Part shown: positions 40,228 to 52,025 of the stretch, one piece after another
Numbering within the stretch: the first letter of the stretch is position 1
Layout of the letters: the number at the start of each line of letters is the position of its first letter
NCBI GenBank assembly: GCA_951406725.2
Contig: OX597814.1
Span: 96,472,001-96,536,000 of the forward strand
Length of the DNA stretch: 64,000 bases
Direction: 5' to 3'
DNA from: Octopus vulgaris
Taxonomy: Eukaryota
Position numbers and translations under genes: made by a program
Notes under the pieces: model-generated
Seen by the model: only the letters and a program-made list of their open reading frames with translations
Database searches by the model: none
What the model was told of the DNA's origin: nothing

Positions 40228-41227
40228 AGTTTAAGCAAGCCTATAGATCATTTGATAAATTGTTGCATACAAAAATGATTTACGAATAACTTTTGACCAC
40301 TTAAAGCTGCATAATTAAAAGTGAATGAGCTACGGGAAATAATTCCGATAATTAAGTTAAAGGGTGATGTACTGAATGGCGTAAGTGAACAAAAAAAAAA
40401 TAATAATAATTAAAAAGTTCGTGTTAGTTTTAAGAAAAGCGAATTAACCTTTAAAATCAAGTTGAGTGAGGAGGTAATAGAAACCCAGTATTGAGCAACA
40501 GGTAAAATGTTTGGAAAGTGAGCAAGAAATAAATCTTTCATTTTTTTCAGAGGGTTCTAATTAAAGTTATAAGTACCAATGGAGTAACATTCACATGAAA
40601 ATCTACCCTTAATATATAACACTCATATGCATACACGTATATACATAGATATATACATTAGATAAATATAAAAGAAACTTGCTTCCCAAACACAACCGAT
40701 GTTGGTGTAACTTAGCGGTTCGGTAAAAATGATCGATAGAATAAGTACCAGGCTTACAGAGAATGAATCCTGAAGTCGATTTGTTCGACTAGATGCGGTG
40801 CTCCATCATGGTCGTAGTCAAATGACTGAAGCAAATAAAAGAATAAAAGAATATAAACATATGTATGTATGAATATATTTATGTATATTTGCATCACAGA
40901 GTTAAAACTTAGTCACGTATGAGGTTGGCAGGAAAGGAGGAGACAAGCAAATAAAAAATATACGAAACTAGACAAATAAAACACGTGGTGGATAAAGCAG
41001 AAAAATAAAGAGAAACAATAACAATCAATGAATAAATACAATGAAAATAAAAAGGCCAGTGAAGATCTAACGTTTCGGGATATGTGTATGTGTGCGCGCG
41101 CATGTGCGTGCATCTCTCTCTCTCTCTCACACACACACATATTCTCTCTCTCTCTCTCTTTCACACACACACATATTCTCTCTCTCTCTCTATCTATCTA
41201 TCTACACACACACACACGCACACACAC

Positions 41228-41317
<90 letters not shown>

Positions 41318-41504
41318 GTAGATAGATGAACTGTATTTTCCAAAATGGAGGCGAACACCTTTCTCCATGTGATTGGCTTGAAAATTGTTAAGACACTAGG
41401 ATATATTTCTACTTTTCTTAACATGAAACCAATGGTAGCCTTCATTCACAAATAAAGAAATTATATCCACCAATGCGGTGTTGGGAACACATTTTCATCG
41501 TTCC

Positions 41505-41553
<49 letters not shown>

Positions 41554-41915
41554 AGAATGTGTGTGTGTGAGAGAGAGAGAGAGATGCGGTTAAAGCTTTT
41601 GGCTGTTATTTCTAGTGGGTGAATGGCCTATTATGGCCGTTCCTTGATTGTGATGTTGAACTTAAAAATGGTTTATGACTATTTAATTTTTTCCCACTAG
41701 GCCGCTGGTGGCAAAAGAATTCTACAAAATTTTTTTTGCCACCCTATATTGATTAATTATGAATTTTCTGGTTAATTCCGTAATGGAATCGGCGGCTTAT
41801 ATTTATTTGCTGCCGATAAATTTGGCGCGAGTGCGACGATTTGAAAATTTTAGGTCAGATATTGCCGAGGCAGCAACGGGAATGCCTCGTGAAAAATATC
41901 TGTTCCGACTTGGCT

Positions 41916-42022
41916 ATTTCTTACTGATGAATCTAAGGGCCTATGGTAGATTGGCTTCATTTAATTTAATCAGGTTAGTTTACCATTAAACAGTAGATGA
42001 AACGGTGCATCGTATAAGAAAT
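41916..42022 (+). ncRNA. Type I hammerhead ribozyme, unit 1
   Basis: atttctta CTGATGA atcta...tagat GAAA cggtgcatcg TA taagaaat; 8-bp stem I, 5-bp stem II with a long paired extension, GUA site. Confidence 0.9.
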
Positions 42023-42406
42023 TACAGGGTAAATGTTTTTTAATTTTCTCCTGGTTTACGGAATTGATGTTATTTTGCGGTTAAAGCTTTTGGCTGTTAT
42101 TTCTAGTGGGTGAATGGCCTATTATGGCCGTTCCTTGATTGTGATGTTGAACTTAAAAATGGTTTATGACTATTTAATTTTTTCCCACTAGGCCGCTGGT
42201 GGCAAAAGAATTCTACAAAATTTTTTTTGCCACCCTATATTGATTAATTATGAATTTTCTGGTTAATTCCATAATGGAATCGGCGGCTTATATTTATTTG
42301 CTGCCGATAAATTTGGCGCGAGTGCGACGATTTGAAAATTTTAGGTCAGATATTGCCGAGGCAGCAACGGGAATGCCTCGTGAAAAATATCTGTTCCGAC
42401 TTGGCT

Positions 42407-42513
42407 ATTTCTTACTGATGAATCTAAGGGCCTATGGTAGATTGGCTTCATTTAATTTAATCAGGTTAGTTTACCATTAAACAGTAGATGAAACGGTGCA
42501 TCGTATAAGAAAT
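42407..42513 (+). ncRNA. Type I hammerhead ribozyme, unit 2
   Basis: same sequence as unit 1, offset +491. Confidence 0.9.
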
Positions 42514-42897
42514 TACAGGGTAAATGTTTTTTAATTTTCTCCTGGTTTACGGAATTGATGTTATTTTGCGGTTAAAGCTTTTGGCTGTTATTTCTAGTGG
42601 GTGAATGGCCTATTATGGCCGTTCCTTGATTGTGATGTTGAACTTAAAAATGGTTTATGACTATTTAATTTTTTCCCACTAGGCCGCTGGTGGCAAAAGA
42701 ATTCTACAAAATTTTTTTTGCCACCCTATATTGATTAATTATGAATTTTCTGGTTAATTCCGTAATGGAATCGGCGGCTTATATTTATTTGCTGCCGATA
42801 AATTTGGCGCGAGTGCGACGATTTGAAAATTTTAGGTCAGATATTGCCGAGGCAGCAACGAGAATGCCTCGTGAAAAATATCTGTTCCGACTTGGCT

Positions 42898-43004
42898 ATT
42901 TCTTACTGATGAATCTAAGGGCCTATGGTAGATTGGCTTGATTTAATTTAATCAGGTTAGTTTACCATTAAACAGTAGATGAAACGGTGCATCGTATAAG
43001 AAAT
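42898..43004 (+). ncRNA. Type I hammerhead ribozyme, unit 3
   Basis: same core; C to G at 42940 in the stem II extension. Confidence 0.9.
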
Positions 43005-43122
43005 TACAGGGTAAATGTTTTTTAATTTTCTCCTGGTTTACGGAATTGATGTTATTTTGCGGTTAAAGCTTTTGGCTGTTATTTCTAGTGGGTGAATGAC
43101 CTATTATGGCCGTTCCTTGATT

Positions 43123-43172
<50 letters not shown>

Positions 43173-43176
<4 letters not shown>

Positions 43177-43917
43177 TCCGTAATAATGAAGGGTGAAATT
43201 AATTAATTTGGAATAATTATCAATTACACCAAGTAGTCTTCGGCATGTAAAAGCCTCATTCGAGGAAAATTTAAGTAATACTAAGCAATAAAGGGTTTAG
43301 CAACGAATTGCCTTACCACAGACCGAATTTAGAAATAGCAGTCAAAGAGTTATAGCTATTTCTTCTACTAAAAAGGGAGATCTCAGTAAAAAACACAGCA
43401 ATTGGAAGGCAGACACAAACAGGTAAGAGAGAATGAATTGACGGCAATCTATCATACAATTTTAAGTTATCTACGGACGCACGTTTCGAAATCAAGTTTT
43501 TAGGAAAGCATGAGAATTAAATATTAAATAATTCTACGTTACCCAAACTTCTTTTCTCTTCAGCGTAGAATACTATAATCATAAGTGATTATATATTGAA
43601 TTTTGAGATACTAGAAGGCACCAACTCAACTCAGTATCAGAGCGAGCTAGAATCCGCAACTAGTATCACCAAACTCAACGTGTGAATGAAAGGATTGTGT
43701 CACCAGCCCCTTCCCACCCGCGTGTAGCCAAAACAAGATGCTATGGTCATCTACTGAGATAAAATATGGTTATCCGTAATAATGAAGGGTGAAATTAATT
43801 AATTTGGAATAATTATCAATTACACCAAGTAGTCTTCGGCATGTAAAAGCCTCATTCGAGGAAAATTTAAGTAATACTAAGCAATAAAGGGTTTAGCAAC
43901 GAATTGCCTTACCACAG

Positions 43918-43922
<5 letters not shown>
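43173..43922 (-). mobile_element. 596-bp hammerhead element with 154-bp terminal direct repeats, between (TA)n tracts
   Basis: 43173-43326 equals 43769-43922. Confidence 0.9.
43470..43569 (-). ncRNA. Type I hammerhead ribozyme
   Basis: reverse complement: tctacg CTGAAGA gaaa...tttc GAAA cgtgcg TC cgtaga; 6-bp stem I, G10.1-C11.1 pair, GUC site. Confidence 0.85.
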
Positions 43923-43998
<76 letters not shown>

Positions 43999-44000
<2 letters not shown>

Positions 44001-44394
44001 CGCAGGCGTGGCCGTGTGGGAAGAAACTTGCTTCTCAGTCACACGGTTCGGGGTTCAGTCCCACTGCGCGGTACCTTGGGAAAGTGTCTTCTACTATAGC
44101 CCCGAGCTGACCAAAGCCTTGTGAGTGGATTTGATAGACGGAAACTGAAAGAAGTCCGTCTTATATGCATAAATATCTATGTTTGTGTGTTTTTGTGTCT
44201 GTGTTTGTCCTCCACCATCGTTTGACGACCAGTGTTGGCGTGTTTGTGTTCCCATAACTTGGCGGTTCGGGAAAAGAAGCGATAGAATAAATACCTGGCT
44301 TTAAAAATAAGCACTGGAATCAATTCATTCTAGTAAAAACTCAAAGCGGCGCCCCATCATGGCCGCAGTCTTATGACTGAAACAAGTAAATAAT

Positions 44395-44400
<6 letters not shown>
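43999..44400 (+). mobile_element. tRNA-derived SINE family B
   Basis: ggcgcaggcgtggccgtgtgg...gggttcagtccc...catggccgcagtc. Confidence 0.8.
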
Positions 44401-44431
<31 letters not shown>

Positions 44432-44516
44432 CAAATTTATAGAGAACAAAAGACGAAGGCAGGTGAAGGAACAACAAGCAGGTATATCATTTTAACGCCC
44501 GGGAAGAATGGAAAAG

Positions 44517-44554
44517 TCTTTGATGTTTCGAGCCTACGCTCTTCGTCAGAAAAG
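44517..44554 (-). ncRNA. Minimal type I hammerhead in a ~230-bp TA-flanked element (about 44430-44660)
   Basis: reverse complement: tcttt CTGACGA a gagc-gtag-gctc GAAA ca TC aaaga. Confidence 0.7.
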
Positions 44555-45548
44555 ATTGAGAGGTGGGAGGGGGGCAAAGGAGAGAGAACGAAAAAAAACG
44601 GAGAAAGAAAAAATTGTGTGGGGATTAACGGTTCAATATGTTGAAATGGCCGGAAGATATATATATATAGGCAGACCGTAGAAAGGCATGCTACTGTGGT
44701 TGTTCTCTGAGAGACAGTATCTTCAAAGATATTATGTATCGAAGCAGTGACTCATGATAACATTAGACACGTTTCGGCCTTCCTCGGGCTTGTTTAACAG
44801 AACATTTCTGTTGATGGAATGTGTCCATTAACTTCAGACCTAGGAACAAACTTTACTATATGCACTAATCTCTTTTCTTGTTTGTATATATGAATAGAAA
44901 TTAGAAAAAAAGAAAGAGAAAACATAAGGGTGTGATAATATAACTGCCTGCTGGAAACTTTGTTAAAGGAATATTTTTTGTTTATTTAGTAAGCGTTTTC
45001 TCCTTAAAATTCGTTAGATGAACTGAGTGAATTGTACACTCATCGATAAACTCAGAATAAGAAACGTGGGGTCATATACATTTGTTGCCTCCCATTCAAG
45101 TGCGTCACAAATGTCTCGCTAAAAGTACAGAAGCCTGAGTTCACACACCTTTGTTACCTAAAGAAATTGAACATCTATATCCACGAATTCAACTTTCTCC
45201 TATAATTTAAAACTGGTTTTTTCCTCCCAATGAAACATGTACCTGTATGTCTCAAAAATGTCTGATTTTAAGCACTCACACAAATGGACATCCATACGCA
45301 CGCGCGGACATACGCACGCACGCACACAGCCATACCCACGCCCAGCCTCACATACACACACACACACTGGTTGTTTTTCTGCATTGAAATAATATTGCAC
45401 ACTGTGTTGTTCTACATTTAAGGATTAGCACTTTCATTTGTAAAGAAGATTGTACCTTCGCGCTTTCTCTCTCCATCTCTTTTACTTTCTTCTCCCCACG
45501 CTCTTTTCTCTCTCTCGCTCTCTCTACGTATATATATATATATGTATG

Positions 45549-45624
<76 letters not shown>

Positions 45625-45899
45625 TATGAGAGTGGTACTGGTATTTAGAAGACCCTAAGAGTGGCTGGTAACGTTAAGTAAGTACTATGGATAGACCGTA
45701 GTTAAACACTTGGTTCAATAGTAAAGCGAGTGAGAAGTTTAATATGGGCCTTGTATTAGCATGCATATACATATGTTAGACAAAAAGAGATAACAAAACC
45801 AAGGCTGTGAGTAGTTTTCAGGACATATATAAGGAAACGGATATAAATAGGCGCATCTTTTCGTTTAAATATCTGAGATAGAGAATCTTTGGAATGTCT

Positions 45900-48380
45900 T
45901 ACAAATTTTCACTTTGTCGCTAAGGTTGAATTTGAAGAATGCGCATCAGTTTCTTCTGCTCTTTCTTGAAAACCCTAATATTTCTAGGTTTTGTGTACAT
46001 TTGTAGATACATAGCCTATGATGATAGGTACAGATGAAAATTTATAGTTAGGATACAAGAGCTGTAAGTTTCGTATTTGTGCACCATTTACTGAACTTTT
46101 GATGGTATATTCACATCTGCCGAGCAGCTGACCGCGATAACAGTGCATCGCTTTTGTTCCCTGTCCTACAAAATAATATTAGGTTTGTTGTGTTTGCACC
46201 GGATTGCTGCTTTTATTGGACCAGTCCACCAGTATTCCCTGTTTTTAAAGCTGTGAATACATTCTGGTTCAAGTATGCCTTTGATGTATCCGCCCGGGCA
46301 TTCGTTCCTGCTGTTAGCATTGTAAATAGTGTTTGCAACTATATCATGTCTCGAGGGTAGGTAGTACCTTGTAGACATTTTGGAGCAGCTGCTACTGATG
46401 TGGGTGATATCTTCCACGTTAGTATTTTCTACCACAACTTGGAGGTTTGGTGGTATCTTTGTATCTTTGTCTCTCTTGTTTATCGAATATTCGGCACTTA
46501 TTTCCTGTTTCACAGATCCAGGAGAGGCTACTATTCATGTTGGTGCCGCTGTTATCCTCAGGCTTAGGGTATATATACCTATGCATTGCTTTTTGCTGGT
46601 ATGATGCGTGCGTCTCCTCTAAGCTTCTGTTTAGGTAGGCCAGCCCCTTGGGTCACATGAGACAGTTGTATTCTCAGAGTGCCTACTCAGGAGTTCTATC
46701 TCTACTTTGAAGAACTGATCTCACTTTTGAGTACGCATATAATGTACTCATTTCTTTCAGCAGATATTGTCTAGGTGATATAATGCGATATTCAAATGCT
46801 GTTTGAGGTTATCTTATGACTCTACCACCATCTTTTCGTCTCTCATAGATTCTATCGATGTTGCTGCTTGTGTGGAAGTTTCCAGTGGTGGCCAGCGTTT
46901 TTCTTGTTTTGATGTCCAGGTTGAGGATCTTGCCAAGTATCCAGTCCGATATCCTAAATGTTGGTACTAGCACTGGTACTTCGAAAGCATTGTATGATAT
47001 GGTCTTATTAAATGCAGTCAGCTCTGAGTTCCATATTTTCCGTAGTCTACATACTTCTTCGTTATTCTGGCTTTACTTGTAGTACCACCTTAGGCAACAT
47101 TTTCATTGATCCCAACTTGTAGTTTTCGTCATTACAAATTGAAGAAATAGACAAACGGTTGATTACATGTTCTCTGTTCGGTCGACAATCCTTCCTCGGT
47201 TGACTATCACATATGAGCATTTATCTTGCCCAAACTCCATTTCTGTGTCTCGTGAGAATGTTGTGACTAGTTCTAATTGTTTCTTGATATTGTTCATGTT
47301 ACCAGCGTATAACTTCAGGTCATCAAAAATATTTGAGCATGCTGCATATTTGAGCATGTAGCCTTGGCATTTTCTTTAAAAAAAACTGACTAGAGATTCA
47401 CTGCCAGTACAAACAACATTATAGATTACTATCACACTATCATATGTCCGTTGATAACATAATTCTGTCTGTCAGTGATAAGTGTGTATGGACCATGTTG
47501 TGGTCATTCTTTCAATAGCGTTATCTATAGCAGCTGGTACTTTGGAAAGTTTGAGTGAGTCTAGCATCCATGAATGAAGGATAAAGTCAAACGCTTTCCT
47601 GTAGACTAACTACATTGTTACGAGATTACGGCATTGCTGCTTGGCCTCCTCAAGGACAGCTTTGTTGATGAAGAGTTGTTCAGCACTACCTCAGATTCCT
47701 TTCTTCCCTTCTGCCAGTTCATCAGTTATCACACCATTTGTTTGGCAGTGGTCTTGGTGAAACATATTCAGACAACCTGTGTACAGTTAGTACATGTTTA
47801 AAGAAAACAATGAACAGTGAACTAGATATTCCATATTGGTTGACGGTGGCAGAGATTACTCTTGTCACTGAGAACAAAAAGATCCATGTGGTAAAAAAAA
47901 AAACAGGTTCATAGCACCGTCAACCAATATGGAATATCTAGTTCAGTGTTCATTGTTTTCTTTAAACAGCATAGTGAGAATTTCCTCGTAGAACGTGAGC
48001 CTTTTGTACCTGTAGCTTATTAGGCCTCTCCAAGGTGATCTTCCATTCGGCAGTTTCATAACAACCATAATAACCACAGGTGATGTTATATATTTTGCGA
48101 GAGGCATTTACACAGTATTCACTTCGTAGTTCTTCTAACCATGTTGCATTACCAGTGTGTTCCTTATTTACATTCCAGATTCCCCATCAGAACGACTCTA
48201 GATCATCCTGAAGAGGAGCATTTACTACCTTGATTGTATGGTCGGCCTTTCATACAGCGATATACATATCGGTTTCGAGCAAACTTGCAGTTTATCAGTT
48301 TGCTTTCATCTAATTTTTTACAATAACGAAGTTTTCCGCTTACCGCTCGTAAATCGTGTTTGAGGGCGATCTATTTGCTT
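45900..48380 (-). pseudogene. Decayed R4/Dong-clade LINE (RT, zinc knuckle, restriction-like endonuclease)
   Basis: YRKAFD..HSW, FDDLKLYA, HISSSC...RHDIVAN and HNKPNIIL (PD motif) remnants. Confidence 0.85.
47794..47968. repeat. ~55-bp inverted repeat with a ~65-bp spacer inside the R4-like LINE
   Basis: tgtttaaagaaaacaatgaacagtgaactagatattccatattggttgacggtg and its reverse complement at 47914-47968. Confidence 0.85.
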
Positions 48381-49779
48381 GTAATACATGCATTCATGCA
48401 TTATGTATGTATGTATGTATGTATGTATGTATGTATGTATGTATGTATGTATGTATGTATGTATGTATGTATGTCATTATTCAGCTTTATTGCAAAATTT
48501 CTTGCCAATAGAGAAGGAACCGGTTTGTAACCTAGTCCAAGGTTCCTTCAATGGAATTTCAACGTCAGCAACAGGTTATTTTTGTATGTTTGTATGTATG
48601 TATGTATGTATGTATGTATGTATGTATGTATGTATGTATGTATGTACGTATGTATATATGTATATGCGTGCAGATTTACATGTTTTATGTATGTATTGTT
48701 ATGCATAGAGTTACATATCTAGGTATGCTCATATATATTTAAATGATAAACTTCTGGAAAGTTTTACAGATTTGTACAGTTCCAGTGATGGATTGGGTCT
48801 GTAGCCTTCGAATTACCTTTCTCCTTTCTGGTTTTGAAAAGCCTAATTTCTCAACATAGGTATTTAGTCTGTGTTACATATCCCAGGGCCCCAATAATTA
48901 TAGGTATAAATTTGATCTTGTAATATGAATAGAGCAACTGTATGTATGTATGTATGTATGTATGTATGTATGTATGTATGTATGTATGTATGTATGTATA
49001 TATACATGCATGTATATTCTACTTCATTCAGAAGATAGACTTTCAAAATCTGGATATTTTAAAATACAATATTACCGGTTAGTCTCAAACCTTTTCATTT
49101 TTGCCTTCAGTAACGAAGTTCCTTATCTATATGAGAGGCAAGAAAAGTGAGAATTCCTTCGAAATAGAATTTAATATAGATATTTTACAAGTTCTGTTCA
49201 AAGTTATTATTCTTAGCTTTCAATGTCAATTACTTAGTTTAGAAGTTCATTTCATCGATGTTACGTGTCTGGAATGACAGTTTTTCACCCTTGCATTATA
49301 AGTTACAAAGATTTAACCCTCTAAATATTTCTAAAGCGAGGTTTGAATTTTTTTTCTTTTTTGTTAACTAAATTAATTCGTGTGATCTACGTAATACAAT
49401 GTTCAATGCTACTGTGTAATGTGAAAAAAATATATTACTTATTGAATCAATATATGAAGGGATACAGAAATTAATAAAGATTATTATTCAAATTTCATAC
49501 TAATTTTACTACAAAGTTAATTCCACTTTTGTTCTCGATTCTCGAATTAAATTGTCATGCAATGACTTTGCAACCATTAATTTCGAGTTTGATCCAAAGC
49601 ATGGCAACCTGGACAATTGTTTTCTAGCGTAATTCGGGGTCAACAGAAACCTTGTGAACGAAATTTGTTTGACAAAAACTGTACGGAAGCCTGAAAGATG
49701 GGGCGGGGGTAAAATGTTCTTTGCGATATTTACGTAAAATTATTGCCTTTTGTACTATTGTCCTTTTGTCATTTTGTCG

Positions 49780-50650
49780 ATTACAAAATGGTTTAAATAA
49801 TACTTGAAATATTCTACTGAAGGATGTTTTCTCTGTGAGTTGGTTAAAATTGCACTCAGAAAGCTGGAGCTAAAACTTAACAAAATAGTTGGAGAACGTT
49901 TCGATGGCGCCGCAGTTTTCATAAAGATTTGACGAGAAAGATAAAGGAATGTCTATTGTTATGACTACCTCATGAATATTGCTATCGAAGATACATTGAT
50001 AGATATTACAATCCACACCCCGCAATGACTTATGAAATAGTCAGAACCTCTATAACCGTCTAGAGGCTAATTTCAAACGATATCTTCTACTTACAAGCAT
50101 CATAACTAATTTCACAATGAAATAAAGGGTCTAACAGATTAAGTAAAAGCCGTGGTAGAACAAATACTTCATATCATAAATGCATTGCTTGACTTGACAA
50201 ATATCGAAAGCTGTGCGCTGTTGAATGTCATATGCGATTTTGAATTCTTACCTGAATTGGTTGTACTGAAAGTAATACTATTAAACGCAAACAATCACAG
50301 AAATTACATCCGAGGAAAGATTGTAGATGTCACAATAACTGAAAAAAATAGCTACAACAAGCAAATAAAATCATACTAACTGCAGAATGGAAGAAAACTT
50401 CAAAGGTGTTTTGATGTGTTGGAAAGTCATGGAAAAACTATTGAAGAAACCCTGCAAGGCGCACGTTTCTCATTCAAGAAAAGTTCCACGGAAAAAATGT
50501 CTTGTCGATTCCAAGTTTTAATGGTAAATGAGCAACGGAAGTACTACTGGATCAAACAATCAAAGACTCCTGTTTTATGTCTATTATTTCAATCTGGAAA
50601 AGTATTTTATAGAAATGGAAATCAGAATTTAATTGTAATTCCATAGATAT
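49780..50650 (+). pseudogene. Decayed hAT-family transposase fragment
   Basis: GERFDGAAV (DGA motif); ALLNVICDFEFLPELVVLKVILL...GKIVDV. Confidence 0.6.
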
Positions 50651-50999
50651 ACTTTGTACACTGAGTAATAATTACCCTCAATCTGGATGTGTCAGATGAC
50701 TCAGATGAGTACTATCAAATCGTTGTGTCACGTGATGGTGCTATTTCGGAACTTCTAAAGACAAAAAATACAAAAAAAAAAAAAAAAATGTTTTATATTG
50801 CTTGTTACGTCCATTAGATTCAGAGACAATTGCAGCTGGTGCGGTCGAAACTGGTTTCAAGAATGGTTTTCATAGTGTAGCACCAGGCTCCAACAAAATC
50901 AGTTATGTATTGGTAATCATTCTTATTACATTGTGTTCTGCTTATCGCTTTTTCATCGGCCTCAGACAATTGCAGCCATTTCTGAGGAGTAGATTTAGA

Positions 51000-51480
51000 G
51001 AAAATACTCTTGTGTAGATGATGCTGCTCTTCCTCAACACCAAATGCAGGAGTCGATGTCTCATCTGGCGGTGAAGTAGTTCTGTAGGTGTTTTGGCCCC
51101 TTCCACTATGACATCTGAGTTGCTCGGGGCCACCTACCGATATAGGCGACAAAACTCACACAAAATAAAACGAGCTTTGTTGAGTCAGTTATTGCGACTC
51201 TGAGCCAAATGTTTTTAACATCCTCAGTGCTAGTTCTTATTGCACCGTTCATCTTCTCTCTGGAGCCAGATACAATGCCTTGTTTTCTCCGCGGTTTCGA
51301 CCATTTTCTGACAACAATTTTTGTCTCCTTCACAGCTAGACCAAGACTCTTGAGCACCGACTGAACTTTTGTTCCAAAAAATCCTCCAACACCTATCTCT
51401 ACAGGGCGACATATTGGCTTCCTGCCACTGTTTTCACAGAGTTCAACCAATTCACTGTATTGTCTGTCGTTCTTGAGGAA
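51000..51480 (-). pseudogene. 3' end of a Hero/NeSL-like RLE non-LTR retrotransposon
   Basis: YSELVELCENSG...RPVEIGVGGF...LKSLGL...AEKTRHCIW. Confidence 0.65.
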
Positions 51481-51954
51481 AGCATCTTGTGTGATATTAC
51501 TAAATATTAAGCGAAAGTACGCCAACATATCTGTTGGCAAAATTGTTGACAAACTAAAAGGTAAAAGAAGGATAGAAAATGATATTTGTTCCAAGTTCAT
51601 CATATGTAATTTATGCACACTGTGATTTATGTAAACTATGATTTGTATCGTTTGTTGCTTGCTTGATAAAAGGTGTTTTTTTTTTTATAAATTGATATTT
51701 GCATTCTTATCAGTTTAAAATTTCGACGAAATCAACCCCTCGTCTCCTTTTTAACCAAAGAGTTTTATACGCCTATGCCTCTATATGTATTCATAACTAG
51801 TTTATGTGCTACCAGATAAATTGGATGGAGTATATTTCTTCTGGCTTTAGGTTTCCGAAACACTTCCGTTCCACTTGAGATATTCTCAGAGCGAAGAGTG
51901 CGAAAATAACATTGCAAATATCAAAATGGAAACCAAATTCACTGATGGCTACAT

Positions 51955-52025
51955 TATAAGTGTTCTGAATATATAATATAGATAAGTGTTCTGAATATAT
52001 AATACAGATAAGTGTTCTGAATATA
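51955..52025. repeat. 27-bp tandem repeat, about 2.7 copies
   Basis: ataagtgttctgaatatata occurs three times. Confidence 0.85.

Larger units (their letters stand above)
41585..43127 (+). repeat. Tandem array of 3.1 x 491-bp retrozyme-like units
   Basis: gcggttaaagctttt at 41586, 42077, 42568 and 43059; about four substitutions seen among copies; flanked by (GA)n and (TA)n. Confidence 0.95.

Noticed and set aside
41759-42941. Repeated 76-aa ORF MNFLVNSVMESAAY in the 491-bp units
   Set aside because: No recognisable domain, truncated in unit 3, and it overlaps the ribozyme and hairpins; its repetition just follows the tandem array.
44762-44800. ggccGAAAcgtgTC half-hammerhead on the minus strand
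   Set aside because: The CUGANGA half is missing.
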